A stretch of DNA of 64,000 bases from Octopus bimaculoides (GCF_001194135.2 NC_069002.1:34794772-34858771); one strand, 5' to 3'. Counted from the stretch's first letter, positions 13,155 to 26,451 are shown. Made by a program: numbers and translations. The notes: generated by a model from the sequence alone, not told the origin.

Positions 13155-13341
13155 NNNNNNNNNNNNNNNNNATATATACGACGGACTTCTTTTAGTTTCC
13201 GTCTACCAAATCCACTCACAAGGCTTTGGTTGACCCGAGGCTATAGTAGAAGACACTTGCCCAAGGTGCCACGCAGTGGGACTGAACCCGGAGCCATGTG
13301 GTTGGTAAGCAAGCTACTTACCACACAGCCACTCCTGCGCC
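12852..13341 (-). mobile_element. tRNA-derived SINE, family A, full length with an internal (TG)n/(TA)n microsatellite
   Basis: Minus strand: head GGCGCAGGAGTGGCTGTGTGGTAAG...GGTTCAGTCCC, body to GGAAACTAAAGAAGTCCGTCG, internal microsatellite and gap, 3' half to GGTGCTCCAGTATGGCCACAGTCAAATGACTGAAACAAGTAAAAG. Confidence 0.9.
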
Positions 13342-14497
13342 TATGTATAGTCTATAATCTTATTATATCGCTGTCATTCAGTTTCAGCATTTTGTGACTA
13401 GGGCGATATTTTACGGTAACCAACTAGTATAATTTTAAAATAAGCACGTTTCAGGTCATCTTTTGATTAACTTGTGTTTTATAGAAATTCTCCTCATTGC
13501 AGTCCTAGTTATAGAGTTAAAACTAAACCTTCACTGGTTCATACAATAGTGCCAGAAAATATCTCTCAGAAGTGAATATATGCATTTTATTTCTTTTTCA
13601 TTTTTGAGTACGAAGAAATCGTTAATCTTTGCAGTTGTGTGTGTGTTCCATAAAGCTTTGGTCATTTCTTTTCCTGAAATGGCAGAGTAAACTTGCAAGC
13701 TATCTTAAGTGTTTTTTTTAGAATTTGATTCGCTGAACATCTGCTCGGTGTTGAATATATTTTTTGTTTTTTATTGAGTCCCAATGTGTTCACTTTTCGT
13801 TTAAAGTAGTGTCTCGACCAGTTTTATATAATTTTTCACAAATGGTCAGTTTTGAAAATTGTTTGAAAAACAAAGAACAAGCGGTCAAGAATTTCCACTG
13901 TTCATAGGTCATCTCGTGCGCTGACACTATATCAGATAACCTGCTGATAAGCGACAAGGAAAAGTTGATGGTCGTTGGACATAGTATGTTCGATAAGGCA
14001 TTCAGAGATATATATCTATATTACTCTGAACGGAGAACTAGACTAGACCTTTTTCATAAGGAGAGAAAAGGAGTCGGGTGTAATCAGGTTCCTCTTAGCT
14101 TCAATTACAATGAAGGAGCGAAGCGAAATAAATAGCTTACTTACATAGCATATAAGCTCATTCTCAAAATACCCACCACATACAAACGCACGTGCACCAC
14201 GTGTACAGACACACGCCCACACACACATATATACATGGTGGTCGTGGGTATCCGTGTATCTGTCCGTCGCCCGCACAGTTGACGTTATACAATCTACAGC
14301 AATAGGAGCGTACGTATTTTTCTCCTTTTCTTCTCTCTTTCTCTGCCCATTTCACTTTTTTCCATATTTGTTGATGTATGTGTGTATACAGATATACAGA
14401 CGGGTTTGTGTGTACGTGAGTGCGTATATGTATTTGTGTAAAAGAGATGAATATGACTTTTCAACAAACATCCTTGTAATATTTAAAATAAGCTGAG

Positions 14498-14670
14498 GAT
14501 GAGAGCTGGCGACTATCTTTAGCATGCCAGGCAAAATGCTTAGCTGCATTTCATCCGTCTATACATTTTTACTTTATATTGCATCGAGAGCAGCTCTGCT
14601 TTTATCCTTTCGGGACTCATAGAAGAAGTACCTATTGAGCACTGGAGCCGATGTAATTCCGCCTAAATTA
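14498..14670 (+). mobile_element. SINE family B, degenerate
   Basis: GAGCTGGC...AAAATGCTTAGC...TTTTATCCTTTCGGG...AAGTACC...CACTGGAGCCGATGTAATT. Confidence 0.55.
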
Positions 14671-16737
14671 CTGACCTTCAACCAAAATTTTAAAATATTT
14701 AAACAAAAGTGATAGAAGCAACGAAAAATGGGCTTCGTCAGCACCTAATATTGAATTCTTTATGCATTAGATATAAAACACACGCGCGCGTGCACACACA
14801 TGTATGTGTGAGTGTGTGCAAATTAATTAAATTAATTAATAATTAATTGTAATTACGTATGTGTGTGTGTGTCCAATATATATTTTGAGAATATATCATG
14901 AAATGTGCTGCAGAATCATTGTATTAGTATAGAACATTCAGGGCAATTATCAACTTCAAATACAACAGAATGTTTATTTAAAGCTATCTGCAAATTATAC
15001 TCTCCGAAACGACACTATTATATTTAACTATACCATACACAGTTCAATATCCCATTATATTAAGCAAGTCCTATACGTAACAAAAGACGATCGTTATCCA
15101 TTTCAAGCTATTTTCGTTGAAAATTTTACGTTGCCTCAGGAACGTTGTCGAGGAGTCCTTTGTAATCTGTCTTACAATGTTTAATATTTAATTGGAATTC
15201 CCAAATGTGTTCACAGAATAATATCACTGAAAAATATAAATGAAAATAAAGGAGAAAAACAGAATTTTTATTAGTTAAGTCTGCGATACTCGCATATGCG
15301 AGTTTTGTATGTGCACGTGCGATGTTTTGGTATATGTTTCAGTGTTTGTGTGTGTGTATGCTTGTGTCTGTGTGTGTATGTGTGTGTGTCTGTGTGTGTG
15401 TCTGTNNNNNNNNNNNNNNNNNNNNNNNNNNNNNNNNNNNNNNNNNNNNNNNNNNNNNNNNNNNNNNNNNNNNNNNNNNNNNNNNNNNNNNNNNNNNNNN
15501 NNNNNNNNNNNNNNNNNNNNNNNNNNNNNNNNNNNNNNNNNNNNNNNNNNNNNNNNNNNNNNTATATATATATATATATATATATATATGAGTATGTATA
15601 TATTTATAAACAAATAGAGAAATAAATATAGAAATATAGAAACGTATATATAGAAATGTGTAACATACACGCACACTTATATGACGTATAAAAACATACA
15701 TCTACCCATACTACATCAGAGACCCATAAACATGTATGTAGTTGCGTGAATGGAGTCGATTTCAAAACTAGGAGATAAAATTAAATTTTAGTGATAAATT
15801 TAACAACATAATTAACGCTGAGAATTAAGAATTAATGAGTAAAACATTAAAAATAACGATATTGCAAAAATTGAAAAAAAGAATATATGTATACTTACAA
15901 TGAAAAGTAATTAATACTGACAATTAACAAAACATTTGAAAAATATTGTATCTATAGGAGAATATGACAGGAATTGCAAAATACAGAAACCAGACATGTA
16001 CTGCGTGAAAGCTTATAAAAGAAGGTGAAAGTGCATTTATGTAAAACATAACATCCATTGAAATTCCTATAAGCTTGTACCTTTCGCACAAACTGATGTT
16101 TTACATATTACCGATTGTTAACAACCATTTTTCGGCTTTGACGCATGAAGTCTGCGAATTCGCCACCGAGGAAAGAACATCATGTCGAAACATCATGACT
16201 AGTTATAAAATACAGCATTGTGAGCAAAGCTGTGTGATTTTAACGTACACACTTCTGTTCTCAACGTACATATCTCGGGGATAAATTTTCTGTAATAAAC
16301 TATAGTAACTCGTACCATTGTAGGTATGTTGACTAAATAAATTTACTAAAATATATTACTGCGTATAAGTAAAAATTATTAGTGATTATTATTGTTTCAT
16401 TTAAATTAGAGTACTGAAGTATTTATGATATTTAAAAATGCCTTTCTATTTCTTGGTGATGTAAATAAATTCACTAATTCTTCGCGTGTGCAATAGGAAT
16501 ATCCTAAAATATGTCGAAACGCATCGCAATCCTTTTTTAGTTATTGTATAAAAGTTGGAATCCTCTGTTGTTGAATGATTATCTTCTCTACTTCCAATTT
16601 TTTATCACTACTTCTTCAGGCATATTTAGACAACAGCATTGTGTTTCCATATTCTGGATGTCAAGAGAACACCTTTGCTGAAAAAAGAGCATTTCTTAGA
16701 TATAAAGTTGTTTTCTTTTATTTTTGTTTTATTCAAG

Positions 16738-16897
16738 ACGGTGGAGTAGCTGTGTGATAAGAAGCTTGCTTCCCACCCACATGGTTCCGGGTTCAGTCCC
16801 ACTGCGTGTCACCTTGGACCAGCGTTTTCTATTATAGCCTCGGCCGAACAAAGCCTTGTGAGTGGATGTGGTAGATGGAAACTGAAAGAAGCCCGTC
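16738..16897 (+). mobile_element. SINE family A 5' half
   Basis: Head with GGTTCAGTCCC B-box through GGAAACTGAAAGAAGCCCGTC, followed by (CA)n(TA)n. Confidence 0.85.
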
Positions 16898-16900
16898 ATG

Positions 16901-16951
<51 letters not shown>

Positions 16952-17204
16952 TAGATGACTTACCCAGTAATTCCTGAGAAAGCGAGGCTTATCCCTTGGT
17001 TCCGTTCTCATAATTATTTCGCTAATCCAATATCAACAATACAAAGTATGTAGCCCTTTGTGCATTTAAAGAGAATACCAAACTGTCTTACACATGATCT
17101 TGCTTTTAGGAATTCCCAATAAATTATGAATAGACACATTGTGAAGTCACTTATGTAATAAAATTAAATTAGTTACACGATAGTAACAATTCAAATATAG
17201 TAGC

Positions 17205-17385
17205 CCATAATGTTGGTGTGTTTAAGTCCCCCGTAACATAGTGGTTCGACAAAAGAGACCGATAGAATAAGTACTGGGCTTACAAAGAATAAGTGCTGGA
17301 ACCAATTTGTTTGACTAAAGGTGGTGCTCCAGCATGGCCACACTGAAAAAAAAAAGCAAAAGTGTAAAAAAGTAAAAGAGTAACA
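17205..17385 (+). mobile_element. SINE family A 3' half
   Basis: TTGGTGTGTTTAAGTCCCCCGTAAC...GAGACCGATAGAATAAGTACT...GGTGCTCCAGCATGGCC. Confidence 0.8.
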
Positions 17386-17899
17386 GTTAGCAAAGAAATA
17401 GTAGCGTTCTTTTTTTTCTTCTGTATGATGAAAGGTAGACATTAGACTCGATATGCTAGTGTTGTAGCATTATGGCGTTGGAGTTGACGACAAGAAATCG
17501 TGGATGTTAGTATTACGCAGATATGGTAACTAAGACAACTTTGTGTATACGTGTGTACCATATGTTTGGCTGGTATAAAGAGCTTATCTTCAAATCTTTG
17601 TCTAAATCTCCCTGTAATATTTGCTGACATATTTGTGTTATTTCTCTTTGCTGGAAAGTGCTTATGTATTAGATTCACCCGCTGTGCTGTATGAGAAACA
17701 GCATTTTAACAAAATTAGGTTTAAACATGATGCTTTTCCTGCTATTTATATCACTGAATTGTCTTGCATTCTTGCAAATATTGTATCATGGCTTATAATT
17801 CACTCTGCCCAAACTATAATAAATATCCCTGTGTTAGTCACTAAGAATATATTTGATGGTTGGGAATGCATTTCCTAGTATTGTTTTGAAACTTTTGTA

Positions 17900-18040
17900 G
17901 GAGACCAGCAGTTGTTGGGGAGGGTACAAGTCGATGGCAACGATTCTATTGCCCAAATGGTACATATTTTATCGACTCCGAGAGTAGGAAAGGCGAAACT
18001 GACCTCGGCAGAATTTGAACTCAGAGCACAAAGACGGAAG
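17900..18040 (-). mobile_element. SINE family B lacking its 5' head
   Basis: TTTATCGACTCCGAG...GACCTCGGCAGAATTTGAACTCAGA on the plus strand. Confidence 0.7.
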
Positions 18041-18084
18041 GGTGTGCGTATATGTACATGTGTATGTTAGTGTGTATCTGTTTT

Positions 18085-18274
18085 TTACCCCACCAACGCT
18101 TGACAAACGATGCTGGTGTGTTTACGTTTCCGTAAACTACCGGTTCGGCAAAAGACACTGATAAAATAAATACCAGGCTAACAAAGAACAAGTCCTGGGG
18201 TCGATTTGTTCGACCGAAGGCGATGTTGCAGCATGATCGCAGACAAATGACTGAAAGAAATAAAAGAATAAAAG
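18085..18274 (+). mobile_element. SINE family A 3' half
   Basis: CGCTTGACAAACGATGCTGGTGTGTTTACG...CCTGGGGTCGATTTGTTCGAC...AATGACTGAAAGAAATAAAAGA. Confidence 0.85.
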
Positions 18275-19464
18275 ACACACACACACACACACACACACAC
18301 ACNNNNNNNNNNNNNNNNNNNNNNNNNNNNNNNNNNNNNNNNNNNNNNNNNNNNNNNNNNNNNNNNNNNNNNNNNNNNNNNNNNNNNNNNNNNNNNNNNN
18401 NNNNNNNNNNNNNNNNNNNNNNNNNNNNNNNNNNNNNNNNNNNNNNNNNNNNNNNNNNNNNNNNNNNNNNNNNNNNNNNNNNNNNNNNNNNNNNNNNNNN
18501 NNNNNNNNNNNNNNNNNNNNNNNNNNNNNNNNNNNNNNNNNNNNNNNNNNNNNNNNNNNNNNNNNNNNNNNNNNNNNNNNNNNNNNNNNNNNNNNNNNNN
18601 NNNNNNNNNNNNNNNNNGTGACGTATTTATCATTTTAGCTATTTTCGTCATTTTACCACTCATTTTCGCTCCTATTTGTTGCTGGTGTGTTGTTGCTGAT
18701 GATGTAGTTGTTGATGTTGTTGCTGTTTATTTTTTGGGCTATTTTTTAATGATTTTATGAAATGACCAGATCAGTTTCTTTTTTGTGTAGTGTTGAATGT
18801 TGTTGTTCTTTCTTGCACTGTTTCAATTCGTTTTCTTTTAAATTCTGTAAAGCAATAACACTTTACAAAGATGATTTCAGTGCGAAGAAGAAGTAGTATG
18901 TCTGGAGGGACTAAACAAGTAAGAGAAAAAAATGAATAAAAAAAGACTAAGACAATGTGATTGAAAGAGAGAAAGTAACTCTAAGAGAGATACAGTCATA
19001 CAGAAAGACAAACAGATTCAGGGCGAAAGGGAGAGTTGGAATGTCGGAGGGATACTGGAGATGTTGTTGTGTGCACGTATCACTATATAAGCTTGTGTGC
19101 GTGTGAGTTCGTGTCTGTGTGAGTGGTATGTGGGTTTATGGGTGACAAGGATCTCTAATGTGAGAGACAGGAACTAAACGTCAGAAAGAGTGATGGGGTG
19201 AGGGGTAATAAGAAAGAGTGAGAAAACAACTGGGGAGCGTATGCTTAAAACACTACATATCAAAAAACGAGGAAAAAAAGTAATAAAGCGACTCAGAAGA
19301 ACCAGAATCAAAATGAATGACAAGAGAGAAAGAAAAAAAGAATATCGTGAAGACATAGTTAATGAAAATAAACACAGATGTTGAAAGATGTAGAGAGAAT
19401 GTTACTAAATAGAGGGAAAAAGGAGGAAAAACGATTTTTGAAAATATCATTTATCCGTGAGCAT

Positions 19465-19585
19465 GCAGGTGTAGTTAAGAGCTCCTCTTCCCAGTCACTT
19501 AGTTCGAGGTTCGATCTAATCTATATCAACATGGCTAAGTGCCTTCTCGTATAGCCTCGGGCTACTGCAATAACCTGTAAGTGCA
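19465..19585 (+). mobile_element. SINE family A head, degenerate
   Basis: GGTTCGATC B-box-like element and AAGTGCCTTCTCGTATAGCCTCGGGC. Confidence 0.45.
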
Positions 19586-20682
19586 ATTCTATCCTCAGTG
19601 TGTATGTCTGAGTGTTTTTATCCTTCGGTTAACAAAGACAACACACACACTGTCATATACAAACATATAGGTGCATGCCTACACACATATGTATACATAT
19701 ATTAATGTATGTATATATATATATATATATATATATNNNNNNNNNNNNNNNNNNNNNNNNNNNNNNNNNNNNNNNNNNNNNNNNNNNNNNNNNNNNNNNN
19801 NNNNNNNNNNNNNNNNNNNNNNNNNNNNNNNNNNNNNNNNNNNNNNNNNNNNNNNNNNNNNNNNNNNNNNNNNNNNNNNNNNNNNNNNNNNNNNNNNNNN
19901 NNNNNNNNNNNNNNNNNNNNNNNNNNNNNNNNNNNNNNNNNNNNNNNNNNNNNNNNNNNNNNNNNNNNNNNNNNNNNNNNNNNNNNNNNNNNNNNNNNNN
20001 NNNNNNNNNNNNNNNNNNNNNNNNNNNNNNNNNNNNNNNNNNNNNNNNNNNNNNNNNNNNNNNNNNNNNNNNNNNNNNNNNNNNNNNNNNNNNNNNNNNN
20101 NNNNNNNNNNNNNNNNNNNNNNNNNNNNNNNNNNNNNNNNNNNNNNNNNNNNNNNNNNNNNNNNNNNNNNNNNNNNNNNNNNNNNNNNNNNNNNNNNNNN
20201 NNNNNNNNNNNNNNNNNNNNNNNNNNNNNNNNNNNNNNNNNNNNNNNNNNNNNNNNNNNNNNNNNNNNNNNNNNNNNNNNNNNNNNNNNNNNNNNNNNNN
20301 NNNNNNNNNNNNNNNNNNNNNNNNNNNNNNNNNNNNNNNNNNNNNNNNNNNNNNNNNNNNNNNNNNNNNNNNNNNNNNNNNNNNNNNNNNNNNNNNNNNN
20401 NNNNNNNNNNNNNNNNNNNNNNNNNNNNNNNNNNNNNNNNNNNNNNNNNNNNNNNNNNNNNNNNNNNNNNNNNNNNNNNNNNNNNNNNNNNNNNNNNNNN
20501 NNNNNNNNNNNNNNNNNNNNNNNNNNNNNNNNNNNNNNNNNNNNNNNNNNNNNNNNNNNNNNNNNNNNNNNNNNNNNNNNNNNNNNNNNNNNNNNNNNNN
20601 NNNNNNNATATATATATATATATATATACAAGCATATATACACATGTACAAAAATTTATATATGTATATGGATATATATTCC

Positions 20683-20850
20683 TTTTATCTCTCCTTTTTA
20701 CTTGTTTCAGTCATGGGACTGCAGCCATACTGGGATACAACCTCTCGAAGAATTGTAGTCGAACTTACTGATCCCAGTAATATCTTTTTGTAAACATATT
20801 ACTTATTCTACCGCTCATTTTGCCGAGCTGTTACTTTACCGGGACGTACA
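20683..20850 (-). mobile_element. SINE family A 3' half
   Basis: TTTTACTTGTTTCAGTCATGGGACTGCAGCCATACTGG...TACTTATTCTA...CGGGACGTACAC on the plus strand. Confidence 0.7.
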
Positions 20851-22304
20851 CACACACACATAAAGAGAGAGAGATGTGTTTGAGTGTGTGTGTGTGTTAT
20901 CCAGCAGGAGGATATATGTTACACCGTGTTCGTTGAGAATCTGATCTTTCAGGAACTCGGTCATGTGACTTCAGAAATATAAATTATGTTAAATACCTTT
21001 AAAAAACTGTTGCAAAATAGAAAATGTAACAAAATGTAAATGAGACGCGATGACGAAGATACGAGTAGAAGTAAAGAATTGGGAAAAGAACGGAAATATT
21101 ATCCAACAAACAAAGAAGGGAGATTTTGGATGTAATCTTTCTTGAAATATCTGCCAAATGTATTTTATTTTATGCATAACTAAGAATTATTTCCACCTCA
21201 TCTGCGAACTGCTTACTTCATATTAAGAATCGTTCAAAGCAGAGAAATGTTTTTCTCTGCTATATATTTCGTCTGCGTTAAGATTAACATTTTCTCAGTT
21301 ATTAATCTCCTCTATAGAGTGCAAGTTTTCTCTCTATCTGCACTCTGTTTTCAGATTGCTTATCAACTGCCAACGTCATCAAGTACATGTGCTTTTCTTA
21401 GTTTTCGTTTTCCTGTATTTTTGGATTCGAATATTAAACTATGACCTGTAAACAACTTCCTTCATAAGATCCACTGGCTTAGCTATTTTCAAGAAATATG
21501 AAGGAATTAATATTCCTACGTGTTGAGTATTTGAAGAAACCGCAATATGCTTTCGAAAGAACTCTCGAAGCTGCAGACGATATATGTCATGTGAGTAATA
21601 ACGTTCTAGTCGATAAAATATCTATTATATTTAACTTGATTTCGACCTGCTAAATAGAGACGCAATATTCGTTTATGAACAGTCAGTATATTAACATATT
21701 TTCAATGTTAGTTACTTTGTTAAAGGTTATAGAACTGTAAGTTTTGTGGAAAAGAGTTCTTTAGCTGAAATTATTATTAAACATAAATAAACATTCAGTT
21801 CACGTTACAAAAAAAAAACGATAGAAATTTGTGATAAAATCTCCAGGTTGTTTGTCTGTCATAGCGATAGAATGAAAGAGAGTGATAGTACATTAAAACT
21901 TGCATGCGATGAGACGTATATTCTTGAATCAACTTCATGCTGACAAGGCTAGCACCTCTTTCTAGGAAAAATGTTGCAGATGCATCTTATACTATAGCTG
22001 TCAAAAGACCTGAAAAGGAGAGCAGCTCTGATTGGTCCAATTTTGGTCTCTTTATGCCAACGCAAGTTGTCGATAAGAAATCGCCGTATCGTTACATCTT
22101 TATTGCAAATTCAAACAGCAAGTTATTTTGGCTAAAATGATGAAATATCAAGCATTTCGACCACTCCAACGATTCATGTTCAGTTTGGCTTGGATCTAAC
22201 GAAAGAAACCTACTATGGAAGACTAGTGATGCCAAAATTACTGAATATGGATCTAGATATACCGCTTGGAAAGTAAATAATTATTAATGACATACAAACG
22301 CTGC

Positions 22305-22488
22305 TTTCACATTTTGGCACAAGGTTAGCAATTGCGAGGAGGTGTTTAAATCGATTCGATTGACCCCAGTGTTCAACTATTACTTAATTAATAAACTCCG
22401 AAGAGGGAATTTGAACTCAGAACGTAAAGACCGATGAAATGCCGCTAAGCATTTTTCCCCGCCGAGCTAATGACTCTGCCAGCTTGCT
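22305..22488 (-). mobile_element. SINE family B with an internal deletion
   Basis: GGCACAAGG...GACCCCAGTG...GAATTTGAACTCAGAACGTAAAG...GCTAAGCATTTT...CTGCCAGCT on the plus strand. Confidence 0.8.
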
Positions 22489-24260
22489 GAATGATATATA
22501 ACTGTTAATATATAAAACTGAAAAAAATTATTCCGTTCCAAAGAGCAACGATATAACTCTACCAATTAACCACTGCGTCACTCTAGCAATGTGGCATTGA
22601 CATTGTTAAATTGATAGCTATTTACTAAGAGAGAGAAATTTCAAAGGAACTAAGAGACTGACATTCAAAAGAGTAAGAAACCACGTAGAGGCTCCCGTTT
22701 CGTCCCTTTGGTATTAGATTACTCAAATGTATATTTCTTCTGTATTTGGTATAATAGTATATTTAGTAGAAGATTAATTAACATAGTAATTCAAATTCGC
22801 TGTGGTACTGTATTTCGTGAGACATATTACATCGAGTCAAATATTATAGAACATATGGCAAATTATACTGTGTATACATATTAACGCCTGGAATTGAAAC
22901 AACGACTTCATTCTTTCTGCAACTTCACTCTACAAGAGGAACCTTGATATTACGTACGCACAAGAAAGATAAATGAAGCAGAATGAGAACATATGAAATT
23001 ATTGTCAAGAGTTCATCTGAAAATGTTAGACGTCGATTCTGTTAAGTTTGTGTTAGTGGGCGACTACCGTCCCTTTATTTACAACTTCACCTCTCCGACA
23101 AACATTTAGAAAATGGAATATATACTACATCATTCATTCGATTGGACACCCTGCTTAATCTCAATATATAAAAAATATCTGAAGCAATTATATACGCGGA
23201 CGCGCGTGTGTGTGCTTACAAACATAAATATAACGATATACACACATATATATATATATATATACACACACACATACACATATGTATACACATACCTACA
23301 TATATACGTTTATATGTTTGTTTATGATTTAATCTACTTTATGATTTAATCTACTATATGATTTAATCTTACTGCTTGATTCAATATATGGTGATAACAT
23401 AACCAAATAAAAAGGATACAAGCGTACTTTTATTTTCATTGAATATAATTCTGTTTGACACATTGGTGAAATTTGTCAAGCGTTATAATGTTTTTGAATT
23501 TACGGGGTCAATCAATCTATGTCGAAAATATTTCTTCCTCTAATGGTTAAAGAAAAGCAAAAACATAAAATAAAATACAAACAATAAGAAATAAAAACTT
23601 GATATAAGTGATCAGATGTCGAAAATTTCAGCATCTGCCACTTCAATATTGGTAAATGTGTCTCTACTGGGATAAGTATTAAATGAATTTGTATACTTTT
23701 GTTCGTTGTATATACTTATAATATTTTCAGACATTGAACTGTAGCCACGCTGCGGCGTTGAATAGTAAGGTTTTAGTCAATCCTATCGAACCTGGTACTT
23801 AGCTTTCTAATCAAATAATTGATCTCTGTTTACCTAATGTATAAGATACCTACAGAGAATTATGTCTCTTGAGTTAGTTAGGTTCATTTAAGGACGAGAA
23901 TACCAGAAGGTATTTCATTTCACCTCTCTGTTTTACACCGGAATATACGAAATTCGCAGAGATAGGAGGAATGATATAGAGAGTGCTAAACAATAGTAAT
24001 AGGTATTCTTCGTTGTCCAACAATTTAGATTTAGAATAACAATCACGTTTCTTTTAACTTACACTGTTAACGAGAGACGAATTCAATGAGGTAAGGCGGA
24101 GTATAGAAACGACATACTTGATGGTCATATTTGAAAATCAGTTCATTATAGGTCTGTCACTCAGAGCAACATCACAATTACTGACACTTAAACACTCTCT
24201 TTTTCACTTTTGCCCTCCCCTCATTCTCTCTCTCACACACACATAGCTATATTCTCCACA

Positions 24261-24380
24261 AGCCTCGTGGAGCTTAGGTGTTTTCGCTCAATAAACACTC
24301 ACAACGCCCGGTCTGGGAATCGAAACCGTGATCTTCCGACCGCGAGTCCGCTGCCCTAACTACTGGGCCATTGCGCCTCC
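24261..24380 (-). mobile_element. tRNA-derived SINE head, family C (related to D)
   Basis: Minus strand GGAGGCGCAATGGCCCAGTAGTTAGGGCAGCGGACTCGCGGTCGGAAGATCACGGTTTCGATTCCCAGACCGGGCGTTGTGAGTG; A- and B-boxes present, no complete tRNA cloverleaf. Confidence 0.8.
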
Positions 24381-24701
24381 GTATATATATATATATATAT
24401 ATATNNNNNNNNNNNNNNNNNNNNNNNNNNNNNNNNNNNNNNNNNNNNNNNNNNNNNNNNNNNNNNNNNNNNNNNNNNNNNNNNNNNNNNNNNNNNNNNN
24501 NNNNNNNNNNNNNNNNNNNNNNNNNNNNNNNNNNNNNNNNNNNNNNNNNNNNNNNNNNNNNNNNNNNNNNNNNNNNNNNNNNNNNNNNNNNNNNNNNNNN
24601 NNNNNNNNNNNNNNNNNNNNNNNNNNNNNNNNNNNNNNNNNNNNNNNNNNNNNNNNNNNNNNNNNNNNNNNNNNNNNNNNNNNNNNNNNNNNNNNNNNNN
24701 N

Positions 24702-24757
<56 letters not shown>

Positions 24758-25365
24758 GCTGTAAAGTACAGTTTAACATGTGTTTCAGTGGCAAGTGCAA
24801 CCCCCTATATTTGACTAAAATTTTTAGGATTCGTAAAAATCATAATTCGCTCACTCAGTGATTTTTCAATACATTCCCTCGTACAATGTCAACTAAACGA
24901 TTTTTATGCATCTACAGATGTTTATGAATGTGTGTCTATGTGCGTCTGTGAATGTTCATTTTCAAGTAGGAAATACGAAAGGAACTGAAAATATTAATTG
25001 CTATTTTATCTCTGTGCCCTGCAGCTAATTGTATATGAACATCTAGATATTAGTTTGTCGATAATCAAAATTGCACAGCAATACACATAAGCAACATTGT
25101 TTACAGGCGTATAGAAATGATGTTAGAATACTATATATAAATACTAACAGAATGAGTGAAGTGGTTACAGGTGCATACTGCTTGTTGTTTTGTCTAAGTT
25201 TATGACGGATTTGGAAAGCTTGCTATAATGTACGCGGAAAATCCATCATTCCTTAGTTTAAGCCAACCTTTTTATTTTCTTCTAACACAAATCAACTTCA
25301 TAACAAGACATTCAACTTTAACTTCGACATTTTCTTAGCCACTATATCATTAATTTTACATATAA

Positions 25366-25570
25366 CACCGCGAGCTGGCAGAATCGTTAGAGCGCCGGGC
25401 GAAATACTGCTAGGCATTTCGCCCGTCTCTACGTTCTGAGTTCAAATTCCTCCGCGGTCGACTTTACATTTTATCCTCTCGGGGTCAATTAAATAAGTAC
25501 CAGTTACGCACTGGGGTCGATGTAATTGACTTAATCCACTCACAAAGTGCCCTTGTGTCAACAATTTGAA
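25366..25570 (+). mobile_element. SINE family B, near full length
   Basis: GCGAGCTGGCAGAATCGTTAG...CTGAGTTCAAATTCC...GGTCGACTTT...AAATAAGTACCAG...CTGGGGTCGAT. Confidence 0.88.
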
Positions 25571-25879
25571 TTCAATATTACTTTTACATATATTCTCCAA
25601 ATTTCCGTTCACATATTTATTTTAATCCACCCATCATGTATCTGCACGAGCTCGTTGAATTACAATTTTACTTTCCAAATCCCCATACACAAGATTGCAT
25701 TCACATCCAGAATTGTCTAATATGAGCACAGTACGCATTACTTTATCAATTGCCCTTATTCGTCAACATATATATTTTACGTTCCCTCATTGTTTGCCTG
25801 TTTTTTCAAACATAATGGTGGATGTACTTGATTTTACATTGCGCTAGTCTACCGAGAAGCAAATGAGTACACAACAACT

Positions 25880-26128
25880 GCGTGTTGTGTTGTGTCCCTG
25901 CACAAGAGACCTTATTTAACCTGTCTACTCAGCTGGTAAAAGTGAGTACTACAAGTAGTCCAAAGGACTAGCCTTGTTATATCTGCTAAGGCGTTCAATC
26001 ACCTTGATAACTGCGTTAAAGACACACTTTTCTGTGGAGTGCTCAGCCACTTGCAGGTTAATTTCATGAGGAGGCTGTTCCGTTGATCGGATCGACTGGA
26101 ACACTTGTCGGCGTACCCGACGGAATGT
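25880..26128 (+). mobile_element. Headless SINE related to family D, with a different 3' tail
   Basis: TACTCAGCTGGTAAAAGTGAGTAC matches the family D central segment; tail GGCTGTTCCGTTGATCGGATCGACTGGAACAC is unrelated to the tail at 2520-2605. Confidence 0.55.
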
Positions 26129-26451
26129 CAGGTATATGTATGTGGATTTGTGTATGTGTGTGTGTGTGTGTTTGCGTGAGTGTCTCTGCGTTTCATCACA
26201 GCAACCGCATGAAGACAGCTGGGTCTTGAATACATCCTTGTAATATAAGGACTCAGTATAACAAAACGATTCAAGAGGTACCAGGCATAAAAATAAACAT
26301 AAAGACATATAGAAAGAAGCACCGGAAGCGACTTATTCGACCAACGAACCTTAACAGTAATGCGCCTGTGGGGCCGCAGTCTAATGATCGAAGCATTCAT
26401 AAAACAAATGTCTGAACGAATTCAGATATACTTTTCGTAAAATAATATGGT

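Noticed and set aside
24261-24380. tRNA gene candidate
   Set aside because: A- and B-boxes are present, but the acceptor stem does not close and the sequence continues into SINE body; it is a SINE head.
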